Positions 9,214 to 17,537 of a DNA stretch of 50,903 nt are shown here, piece by piece; positions within the stretch are counted from its first letter, which is position 1; each line of letters begins with the position of its first letter. The stretch lies in contig JBBAPZ010000009.1 of assembly GCA_040400605.1 (NCBI GenBank), positions 15,604 through 66,506 of the forward strand. The letters run 5' to 3'. This DNA comes from Candidatus Sericytochromatia bacterium (GTDB lineage Bacteria; Cyanobacteriota; Sericytochromatia; S15B-MN24; JAQBPE01). The notes beneath the pieces are model-generated. The model saw only the letters and a program-made list of their open reading frames with translations. It made no database searches and was not told the DNA's origin. The translations under genes and the position numbers were made by a program.

Positions 9214-10671
9214 GTGACACCATCCAGGATTTGTATCAGTGCGTACCTTGCCATCGCTTTGTTGGGCGCCACGTCGTGTAACGCACCCGATGCAAAGCAA
9301 GCGCAAACCATGATTACAGCGCAAGCCGGCACAACAGCGTGGAAAACAGTTGTCGCACAGGCCGCGATTCTGGATCGGTTGACGCCAGCCACCAAAGCTG
9401 AAGGTGAGGCCTTCAGGCAGGAGCTGCAAGGAATTGTGGATTGGCAGACGCGCTTGAGTGAGGCGGATCGCCAAGCGATCGCCTACTGGAACGACACCCC
9501 TGCCGCGATGCGTTGGAGCGAGGTGATTCGTGACGAAATCATCCGCGTCACCATGTTTCCACCACGCGCCGCACGCGCCCTGGCCCTGATGCACGTGGCC
9601 ATGTACGACGCACTGGTGCTCGCTGAAAAAGCCAAGGCCGCGGTACCACGCGCCCCCTTGAGCACGCTTGACTCACGCATCCAGTCTCTGGCGCTCGCGG
9701 AAAGCGCGGCAGGTGGTCTATCCGAGCAAGCAGCCGTCTGCGCGGCTGCCGCAGGCATATTATCCTACGTTTTTGCGGACCATGCCGCGGACTTTGGCAA
9801 CAAGGCCACACTGGCTGCCAAGACCCGCGTCGCAGCGGGTTTGAATACCCAATCGGAAGTGGATGCAGGCTTGCGACTCGGCGCAGCCGTCGCAGAGGCG
9901 CTCATCGAACGCAACAAGGCGGATGGGGCGGAGAAAACGCCCAAGCTGCCCTTGTCACATACCCCGGATCAATGGATGGTTGAAAAACCGATGGAACCCC
10001 TCGCAGGTTCCTGGAAAACCTGGCAACTGGAAAGCGGCTCACAGTTCAGGTTGAGCGCACCGATTACCGACCCCAAAGACGTCAACTTTGCGAAACAACT
10101 CGAAGAAGTCCGCAATATGCCAGGCTCACTCACCACATTGCAGGTTGAGAAAGTCAAGTTCTGGAACTTTGATGTGCCGGCCCTGCTCTGGGATGACATC
10201 CTTCGTCAAACCATCAAGGACAAGCGCACGGCCATCACCTCAGCCGGACAGGCAAAAATCGACGACCTCACGCGTGCGGGCGTCAATACCGCCCAAAGCA
10301 GCCGCGTGCTGGCCACCATGCACATGGGACTGGCAGACGCCTTTATCGCCGCGTGGGACACCAAGTACATTGTCCTGCGCAAGCGACCCGTCATGCTCTT
10401 GCCAGCCAATTTCAAGACCACCTTCCCCACCCCACCCCACCCGTCTTATCCCTCCGGACACGCTACCGCCTCAGCTGCGGCATCCACCATACTGGCGCGC
10501 TACTTTCCTGAGAAAGCCGGCTACTACAAGGATCAAGCGCAGGAAGCCGCGATGTCCCGTTTGTGGGGAGGCATCCACTATCGTTCAGACAATGACGATG
10601 GCCTGATCCTTGGCACCAAAGTGGGTGAATTCCACCTCAAAAAAGATGCCGAACTCGGATTGTTGCCATAG
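9214..10671 (+). CDS. Vanadium-dependent haloperoxidase / PAP2-superfamily lipoprotein
   Basis: DTKY..RKRP, PSYPSGH and SRLWGGIHYRSD vanadate/phosphate-binding motifs. Lipoprotein-like signal ending ATSC. Confidence 0.85.
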   Translation: MTPSRICISAYLAIALLGATSCNAPDAKQAQTMITAQAGTTAWKTVVAQAAILDRLTPATKAEGEAFRQELQGIVDWQTRLSEADRQAIAYWNDTPAAMRWSEVIRDEIIRVTMFPPRAARALALMHVAMYDALVLAEKAKAAVPRAPLSTLDSRIQSLALAESAAGGLSEQAAVCAAAAGILSYVFADHAADFGNKATLAAKTRVAAGLNTQSEVDAGLRLGAAVAEALIERNKADGAEKTPKLPLSHTPDQWMVEKPMEPLAGSWKTWQLESGSQFRLSAPITDPKDVNFAKQLEEVRNMPGSLTTLQVEKVKFWNFDVPALLWDDILRQTIKDKRTAITSAGQAKIDDLTRAGVNTAQSSRVLATMHMGLADAFIAAWDTKYIVLRKRPVMLLPANFKTTFPTPPHPSYPSGHATASAAASTILARYFPEKAGYYKDQAQEAAMSRLWGGIHYRSDNDDGLILGTKVGEFHLKKDAELGLLP

Positions 10672-10872
10672 ATTGACAGCGCATCCCAAGCCAAGCGCTA
10701 CAAGAGGTCACAGAAGGGGTCAAGCGCAATTCACCACCCCCTCTGTGGCGCCATTCAAAGTCTGCGCCACGAGAAACAGCGGGAGTCTGCGCCAAGCAAT
10801 TCCCATTGTTATGGGCGCGGCCCAATGGGGCATATAGTAGCCGCCAACGCTTGCGCAGGAGGGTATTTACAA

Positions 10873-13512
10873 ATGACCGGGTCTCGAAAAAAATCCTGCC
10901 ACCACCATGCCTTGGCTTGGCTGTCAGCACTTGGTTTGGTACTGCCCGGATGTGCCACTGAGCAAAAAGAAAGCGTTGGCAAGAACTTAGCCAATCGTGC
11001 GAGCGCATCGATCCAACCAGCGCCTGGCGGTCATGCCGCCCTGCCATCCAAACCGGTCGTTATGGCGGCAAACCGGTCAACTGTGATCGCCAATGAACTG
11101 GGGTTGGTACCGGTATTGGAATACCATCGCATCGGGCCCAAAGAGGAGCGTTGGACGCGAACCCCGGCCAACTTTCGTGCGGATCTCCAATTCCTGTACA
11201 ACAACGACTACGTCCTAGTCAACATGCGCGACGTGGCTGCGCGGCGCCTCGACATCCCGGCCGGCAAAAAACCCGTGGTGCTCACCTTCGATGACAGCAC
11301 GGCCGGTCAGTTCCGTTATCAAAAAAACGCCAAGGGCCAAATTGCGCGCGATGCGGCGGGCCAGGCGCGCATCGATCCGGACTGTGCCGTTGGCGTGTTG
11401 GATCAATTTGCCAAAAAGTACCCTGAGTTTGGTAGTAAAGCGACCTTTTATGTCCTGCCATCCGGTTTTGATCAAGACGGGGTGATTGATGAGAAATTCC
11501 GTTATCTGGCCAAAACGGGGCGCGAGTTGGGCAACCATACCTGGGCGCACGACAATATGGCGCGCATGAGCCCGGCGGCGGCCGAAGCAGCCGTTTCCCG
11601 TTTACAGACATTTGTGAGCGCGCGGGTGGGGAGCGCCTATCCCATGACCACGCTCGCGTTGCCGTTTGGTATCGGTCCCCAGGCACGCAATGCCTTTCAA
11701 AAGGTTGTCTCTGGGGGGCAAGGAGACGGTCGTTATCACCACGCGGCGATTTTGCTGGTTGGTGCCAACCCGGCCCGGTCGCCGTGGGACAAGCGCTACG
11801 ATCCCACAGCCGTACCCAGAATCCAGTGCATCGATTCGGAATTCAGGAATTGGTTCAACCGGGCGCCCGGCAGCACCAAACGGGTCAAGGAGCCGTGGCA
11901 GCCTTACATCAGCGATGGGAATGCCAAAACCGTTGCCTATCCGATGGCCCTGGCCCCCCACCTCAATCGGGCCGTGCTCCCCTCCGGGGTGAAAGCCTTG
12001 CCAATGGGCGCAAACACGGTCCACATCCAGGTCTTTGCGGATTCCGTGGCGCCTGCACGGCCGACAACGGTTTTGGCTGAGGCTCAGGCCCCCGTTGCGA
12101 TGATGCGCCTTGGGAGCATCAAGGCGCCCGCGTTTCAGGTGTCGTCCCAGCACATGCCAAGCCAACCAGGCCCATTTGCTCCGGGCGCGAACCCCGACAA
12201 AAAAACGGCTGGGGCTGCGACCAAGCAACACCCAGATTGGAATTTTCATATGGGTTACCAGGAGCGTTTGCCGCGTGGTGGCGAGTGGAAAAATGGCAAA
12301 CTGACTCACACGGTGAGCGCGGGCGATTCGGTGGAAGCGATCGCCTGGCGTTACGCGCGGTATACGGATTATTACACGTGGAGCAAACTCGTGTCGGGCA
12401 TCCGTGCAACCAATGGCGGCGGACGCGCCTTGCGGATCGGCGAGCGTTTGAGCATTCCCAGGGCCCGTCATGTCCCCCCCAAAGCCACGCTGGTGGCGCG
12501 CAACCGTGACTTTGAAGCACGTGGCGTGTATGTGACCGGCACAATCGCGGGTTCCGAGGGTGTCTGGGATATTGTGAAAAAACTGAAGGCACACGGCGAC
12601 AACACGGTGGTGTTCGATGCGAAGGACATGGACGGGCGTGTCACATACAACACGCAGGTACCGCTCGCGAAAGCCATTCATGCGTACCGTGGCGACATGA
12701 TCCGGGAGTTGCCGAAGTTTGTCGCGCGCCTGCATGACGAAAACATCCATGTGGTTGCCCGGCTGGCACTGTTTCACGATTCACACCTGGCTCGCAGCCG
12801 ATCCGCATACACCTTGCGTTCGAAACGCAGTGGCAAACCCTGGCTGGAGGTCGGTGATCTCGGCTGGGTTGATCCCTCGCTTAAGGCTGTGCAAGACTAC
12901 AACCTGGCCTTGGCCCGGGAGCTCATTGATTACGGTGTGGATGAAATCCAGTTCGACTACGTCCGTTTTCCGGCACAAGGCGACACGGCCGACATCGTCT
13001 GGAGCACGATGAACCAACAAAAAAACAAACACGAGGTCATCACCGCGTGGCTCAAGCGTGCCTATGAGGCACTCCATCCAACGGGCGTGCTCGTCTCTGC
13101 GGACGTTTACGGCGTGGTGGCGTGGGACCAGGGCATTGATGTTCGCATTACGGGGCAACGCCTTGAAGATATGGGGCGCTACCTCGATGCCATCAGTCCG
13201 ATGCTGTACCCTTCACATTTTTACCGTGACTTCGACCGTCTGGCCTATCCCCCTGATCACCCGGAGCACTTCGTCAGTGAAGGCATCAAAAAGACCGCGC
13301 GTAAAACAGTTGGCACCAAGCTCACGATTCGTCCGTGGCTGCAAGCATTTCCCTACAGAATCCGAAACTATGGTCCGGAATACGTCGCGCGCCAACTGAG
13401 GGCCAATCGTGACGCCAAAGGTGTCGGCTATTTGCTCTGGAACGCCGAAAACAATTACCAGGTGGGCTTTGCAGGTATCCAGGCATTCGGTGCCAAAGCG
13501 CAAAAAAAATAG
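10873..13512 (+). CDS. Lipoprotein fusing a polysaccharide deacetylase (CE4), LysM and a putative glycoside hydrolase (DUF4015-like)
   Basis: Lipobox LPGC. CE4 motifs VPVLEYH, LTFDD and GNHTWAH. LysM HTVSAGDSVEAIA...LRIGERLSIP. Hydrolase motifs RGVYVT, VFDAKD, DEIQFDYVRFP, ISPMLYPSH and IRPWLQAF. ATG with an AGGAGG RBS. Confidence 0.85.
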   Translation: MTGSRKKSCHHHALAWLSALGLVLPGCATEQKESVGKNLANRASASIQPAPGGHAALPSKPVVMAANRSTVIANELGLVPVLEYHRIGPKEERWTRTPANFRADLQFLYNNDYVLVNMRDVAARRLDIPAGKKPVVLTFDDSTAGQFRYQKNAKGQIARDAAGQARIDPDCAVGVLDQFAKKYPEFGSKATFYVLPSGFDQDGVIDEKFRYLAKTGRELGNHTWAHDNMARMSPAAAEAAVSRLQTFVSARVGSAYPMTTLALPFGIGPQARNAFQKVVSGGQGDGRYHHAAILLVGANPARSPWDKRYDPTAVPRIQCIDSEFRNWFNRAPGSTKRVKEPWQPYISDGNAKTVAYPMALAPHLNRAVLPSGVKALPMGANTVHIQVFADSVAPARPTTVLAEAQAPVAMMRLGSIKAPAFQVSSQHMPSQPGPFAPGANPDKKTAGAATKQHPDWNFHMGYQERLPRGGEWKNGKLTHTVSAGDSVEAIAWRYARYTDYYTWSKLVSGIRATNGGGRALRIGERLSIPRARHVPPKATLVARNRDFEARGVYVTGTIAGSEGVWDIVKKLKAHGDNTVVFDAKDMDGRVTYNTQVPLAKAIHAYRGDMIRELPKFVARLHDENIHVVARLALFHDSHLARSRSAYTLRSKRSGKPWLEVGDLGWVDPSLKAVQDYNLALARELIDYGVDEIQFDYVRFPAQGDTADIVWSTMNQQKNKHEVITAWLKRAYEALHPTGVLVSADVYGVVAWDQGIDVRITGQRLEDMGRYLDAISPMLYPSHFYRDFDRLAYPPDHPEHFVSEGIKKTARKTVGTKLTIRPWLQAFPYRIRNYGPEYVARQLRANRDAKGVGYLLWNAENNYQVGFAGIQAFGAKAQKK

Positions 13513-13559
13513 TCAAACGGGTCGCTACCGACACGCGTTGTTGGCGTCGACCATCGGCA

Positions 13560-13629
13560 GGTGTTTTGCCATTACTGCAGGCGTTTTGTACAGAAGCCGA
13601 GGCGTCACTGTGGGGCGCATAAGCGACGT
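13560..13629 (+). repeat. Copy of the intergenic repeat unit (3' block and junction)
   Basis: TGTTTTGC-N18-GTACA-N11-GTCACTG followed by GGCGCATAAGCG. It lies between convergent genes. Confidence 0.75.
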
Positions 13630-13644
13630 ATATGCGGTAAGGTA

Positions 13645-15117
13645 TCAGGGGTGTTGGCCGCTGGGTTCCGGCGGGCCGGGGTGGGGCAGTGTCACGCGGA
13701 TCACCGTACCGCTGGCCCGTAAAATGTGCAATTCACCATGCAGGTCGTCCCGTATCAGGGTTTTGATAATCTGCCACCCAAGGTTGCCGTCGCGATCCGG
13801 CTCAAAATGTTCGGGCAAACCGATTCCGTCATCTTCGATTTCGAGGGTGATCCGCTCATCATCCTCAAAAATGCGCACCTCAACCCGCCCTTCCGAACGC
13901 CCGGTAAAAGCGTGCTTGATGGTATTTTGCAAAAGTTCGTTGAGAACGAGTGCCAACGACGTTGCCGCAGCCGAGGGTAAGGTGAGCGCGTCAGAACACT
14001 GCAAACGGGTGCTGATACGTTGGGTGTGATCGAGCATGCTCTGCAGCGCCAATGACAGCAAATTGCCCGCCAATTCCTTGATGTCCACCATTTCAAGATC
14101 ATCATTGGACAGGTATTCGTGCACCAATGCAATGCTCGCGATGCGCGTGATGCTCTCATTGAGGATCATTTTTACCTCGGCATTCTGGCTGCGTCGTTGC
14201 TGCAAACGCAAAAGACCCGCCACAGTCTGCAAATTGTTCTTGACCCGATGATGGACCTCTTTCACCAAGGTGCTTTTAATGACCAGCTCGCGGTCCTTCT
14301 GTTTGAGTTCCGTAATGTCATGCAACACCATGACATGGTCAATGACCTCGTCTTTGGGTGTCACGGGAATTGTTCGTACCGCAACCGTAAGATTGGGTGT
14401 CACCAGCTCGCTTTCCCAGAAGATGGGGTTGGTGTGCACCGAGCGAAAATCATTGCCGCTTAAGAACGAGTCCGACCACGTCAAGCCTTCGATCAGTTCG
14501 GTAATACCCAAGCGGCGGGCGAGGCTGAGTGCGCCAGCGGATGCGTGGATAATTTTGCCTTGATCATTGATGAGCAACAAGGCGTCACCGGGCAGAATGG
14601 CCGGTAGCGCGATGGAGCTGGATTTGGCCTTTTCGATCAGGGTTTTTACCACCCTTGTGATGGCAAGGCGGTATAGTTGCCGTTTGGATTCCGAATGTTT
14701 GAGTTCCTCATACAGATTGCGTTCGACCACCAAAATGGCGGCGACACCGTGCTCACCTTGCAAGGGATAGGCCACATGGCTCATCGGCTGGCCGTTGACG
14801 ACCTTGCCAACTTCACCGACCGCAAGTTGACCGGATTGTTGCGCGCGCCAGATGGCGGAGGACTGCTCTGGCGTGAAACGCTGTCCGATTTGGGAACGCC
14901 TGTAAAAGCTTTGCCGCACGGTGGGTTTGGCTTCCGCCACGGTGACGAATTGATCCGCCCCCACGTAACAGTGAATCAGCAAATCGGCAGGAATGAAATC
15001 CGCCAAAAACGCGAGTTGGCGGGCGATGTTCAAAACCCAGTGGCGTTCCTGTTCGTGGAGGATGTGTTCCTGAATCGGAAGGGTCCAGGCGAGCGGGCCT
15101 TGGGGATACACGCTCAC
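13645..15117 (-). CDS. Cytoplasmic sensor histidine kinase, PdtaS/EutW-like (H_kinase_N, PAS, HisKA_2, HATPase)
   Basis: EVHHRVKNNLQ H-box, NELLQNTIKHAF, EDDGIG and GNLGWQII. N-terminal QLAFLADFIPADLLI...VAEAKP. The GTG start overlaps the tyrS stop. Confidence 0.9.
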   Translation of the reverse strand: MSVYPQGPLAWTLPIQEHILHEQERHWVLNIARQLAFLADFIPADLLIHCYVGADQFVTVAEAKPTVRQSFYRRSQIGQRFTPEQSSAIWRAQQSGQLAVGEVGKVVNGQPMSHVAYPLQGEHGVAAILVVERNLYEELKHSESKRQLYRLAITRVVKTLIEKAKSSSIALPAILPGDALLLINDQGKIIHASAGALSLARRLGITELIEGLTWSDSFLSGNDFRSVHTNPIFWESELVTPNLTVAVRTIPVTPKDEVIDHVMVLHDITELKQKDRELVIKSTLVKEVHHRVKNNLQTVAGLLRLQQRRSQNAEVKMILNESITRIASIALVHEYLSNDDLEMVDIKELAGNLLSLALQSMLDHTQRISTRLQCSDALTLPSAAATSLALVLNELLQNTIKHAFTGRSEGRVEVRIFEDDERITLEIEDDGIGLPEHFEPDRDGNLGWQIIKTLIRDDLHGELHILRASGTVIRVTLPHPGPPEPSGQHP

Positions 15118-16316
15118 GCCTCCACAAGCCTTGCCATCGCGTACTTCTTGCCCACTTGCAAGACGAGGCCCGCATCAGTCAGTTCGAGTGTTTCGTTGGG
15201 GTCGCTCAGGACGCGATCCACCGCATAGCTTGCGCCATCACGCCGCATGAGCCTGACAGCCCCTTCCTTGAGCCTTTCACGGGCCTGGGAGGTGGATGGG
15301 CTGAGTTTGAGCGCCACCATCAACCGTGGGGTGGGCAGGCCCGATTCGAGCGTCACGCCGGGGATGTCGGTATCACCGATCGCCCCACCCCTCAACGCGT
15401 CGGCGATCGCCTGACCGTGGTACAAACGGGTGATGGCCCAAGCCAACTTGAGCTTGGCAGCACGGGGATCCAGGGTTCCTGCCTTCAAGGCGGTCAATGT
15501 CTCCATGATTTCAGCAGCCGAGAGACCGGAGGCCAACGTGTAGTAATCTGGCATTTGGTGATCGGCAATTGCCATGACCTTGTCGTACATGATCTTGGGT
15601 GCATCGGTCAGCGCAATATAATTGTTCAATGACTTCGACATTTTTTCGCTGGTGCCGATGCCCTCGAGCAAGGGGTACAACAAGACAGTCTGTGGGGGCA
15701 TGTCCGCGTTTTCTTGCAGGTGCCGGCCCATGAGGTTGTTGAACTTCTGATCGGTGCCGCCCAATTCCACATCGGCTTGGATCGCGACCGAGTCATAACC
15801 TTGCAGCAAGGGATACAGGAATTCGTGAAGTCCGATGGCATCACCGCGTTCGTAGCGCAAGGCAAAGTTTTCACGTGCCAGCATCTGAGCCACCGTGGCC
15901 TGCCCCATCAAGCGGATGGCAGCAGTCAAATCCATTCCGCCCAGCCACTCACTGTTGCGGTGGATTTCAGCTTTCTCAAGGTCGATCACACGACCCATCT
16001 GCGCGAGATAGGTGCGCGCATTCTCTTCTACTTCCTCGGCGCTCAAGGGCGGACGTGCCTCTTGCTTGCCGGTTGGGTCGCCGATGCGGGCCGTGAAGTC
16101 ACCGATGATGATGACCAATTGATGGCCAGCGTCCTGAAAGCGCCTGAGTGCCCAAAGAACAACCGCATGGCCGATGTGCAGATCCGGCTTGGTGGGGTCA
16201 AAACCAAGCTTGATGCGCAAGGGGCGATCGCCTGAGCGCGCGAGGGCTTGGGCAAGCCCACCTGAAGGGAGCTCTTCCGCACCCAACAATAGATCCGCAA
16301 GTCCCTGAACAACCAT
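15114..16316 (-). CDS. tyrS: Tyrosine--tRNA ligase
   Basis: KLGFDPTKPDLHIGH, YPLLQGYD, ELGGTDQKFN and KMSKS motifs, with a C-terminal S4-like domain. Confidence 0.97.
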   Translation of the reverse strand: MVVQGLADLLLGAEELPSGGLAQALARSGDRPLRIKLGFDPTKPDLHIGHAVVLWALRRFQDAGHQLVIIIGDFTARIGDPTGKQEARPPLSAEEVEENARTYLAQMGRVIDLEKAEIHRNSEWLGGMDLTAAIRLMGQATVAQMLARENFALRYERGDAIGLHEFLYPLLQGYDSVAIQADVELGGTDQKFNNLMGRHLQENADMPPQTVLLYPLLEGIGTSEKMSKSLNNYIALTDAPKIMYDKVMAIADHQMPDYYTLASGLSAAEIMETLTALKAGTLDPRAAKLKLAWAITRLYHGQAIADALRGGAIGDTDIPGVTLESGLPTPRLMVALKLSPSTSQARERLKEGAVRLMRRDGASYAVDRVLSDPNETLELTDAGLVLQVGKKYAMARLVEA

Positions 16317-16343
16317 CCAGTCGCCCCCTCCCTACAGCGTCAC

Positions 16344-16352
16344 ATCATAACA
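16344..16352 (-). promoter_or_regulatory. Extended -10 promoter (TGTTATGAT) for tyrS
   Basis: TGnTATGAT about 28 nt upstream of the ATG. The same 9-mer lies upstream of the gene starting at 31470. Confidence 0.5.
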
Positions 16353-16504
16353 CACCCCCCGTCCTCACTCCGATTGGCTGAGCCGTGGATGCACGAATGT
16401 CTGAATCACAATCTCCGGTTATGACAATGACGCCTCGTGCTTGTGACCGGCCCTGGTTGCATGCGCCAACCCAGTCGATGAATCGGAGGCGTGCATGCGA
16501 TGAA

Positions 16505-16633
16505 CCGTGCCGTTCGCCCTTCAAGCGCGGCTGCAAGCCTGGATAACGGCCCATGAAACGCTGAGTCAGGGGTAACGGTGTGAGCGATCGCACAGATACC
16601 GTGTGTCCCCCATGAGGGTTCCATTCGTCTTGC
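16505..16633 (+). repeat. Divergent copy of the intergenic repeat unit
   Basis: CCGTGCCGTTCGCCCTTC versus CCGTGCTGTTTGCCATTC. GTGAG and CGTCTTGC follow at near-consensus spacing (56 and 41 nt). Confidence 0.45.
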
Positions 16634-16682
16634 AAGTGCTAGTATGACTAGGGGATGGGTTTGTCCGAAAAGGGGGTCAGGG

Positions 16683-17537
16683 ATGTCTGGCAGAGGGACA
16701 CACCGCATCAACTGGGCACTTGGACTGCTTGTCCTGATGACGCAGGCGGGCTTCGCCTGGGCAGCGGAACCGCTCATCAAGCCATCCGCGCCGCGTGAGG
16801 CTGTGGTTACCCGAGTCATTCCACGCGTCGATTGGTTGCGTCAAGGCACACAGACGTGGCAACGCGCAGCCATCGGTCACTTATTGGCGCCTGGCGACAC
16901 CTTGCGTACCGGCGCGGACGCCAAAGCCGAATTATGGTATGGCGATGGCTCGCTCGGGCGGGTGGGCAGCCTCAGTTCATTGACCCTCCAGGGCGAGCAA
17001 GCACGGTCACTGCGGCTGGATGCGGGTCAATTGTGGTTACACATCATGAAAGGGGGCGCGGGGATGCGGGTGATCACCCCGGGCGCCGTGGCGGCTGTGA
17101 CGGGGACCCAATTGATGGTGGAGGTTGATCCGGTACGGCGGCAAACCGAGGTGACCGTTTTTGAGGGTGCGGTCAATGTAACCGGTGACATCGGTGAATT
17201 GGTGCGCGTCACGGGAGGGCAAAACACGGTTGTGCCCTTTGCGGCGCCGGCCGGTTTACCGGCGCCGCTTGGCGATCGCCAGATTGAGCGCCGCGAAAAC
17301 CTGTTCCGGCCACTTTCCTTGCCTGACACACAGTCATTGCAACAACCTGCGTCGCCTGTCGAAGCCGCTCAAGAGCCCGTCACAACCGCTGAACCCGCTG
17401 GGGTAAAGCCAGGCGAGGCGCAACCAGTTCCCCCGGCGATTGCAGCGCCCGAACGCGAACAGACGCAGCGTTTGATGGATCCAAGACTCTTGAATGGCTC
17501 GCCTGTCACAGGTGCGATAAAGGTGATTGTGGAATGA
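16683..17537 (+). CDS. Exported FecR-domain protein
   Basis: Signal peptide (AWA). GDTLRTGADAKAEL, DGSLGRVG, TPGAVAAVTGT and VTVFEGAV are typical of FecR domains. Pro-rich tail. Confidence 0.85.
   Translation: MSGRGTHRINWALGLLVLMTQAGFAWAAEPLIKPSAPREAVVTRVIPRVDWLRQGTQTWQRAAIGHLLAPGDTLRTGADAKAELWYGDGSLGRVGSLSSLTLQGEQARSLRLDAGQLWLHIMKGGAGMRVITPGAVAAVTGTQLMVEVDPVRRQTEVTVFEGAVNVTGDIGELVRVTGGQNTVVPFAAPAGLPAPLGDRQIERRENLFRPLSLPDTQSLQQPASPVEAAQEPVTTAEPAGVKPGEAQPVPPAIAAPEREQTQRLMDPRLLNGSPVTGAIKVIVE

Noticed and set aside
10685..10730. Further possible repeat fragments here (minus strand GTAGCGCTTGG) and at about 27425-27470
   Set aside because: The matches are too short or the spacing deviates, so they cannot be told from chance by eye.
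16317..16680. T-box leader for tyrS or a 96-aa ORF
   Set aside because: No T-box motif. An extended -10 lies only about 28 nt from the ATG, and the region contains a repeat copy.
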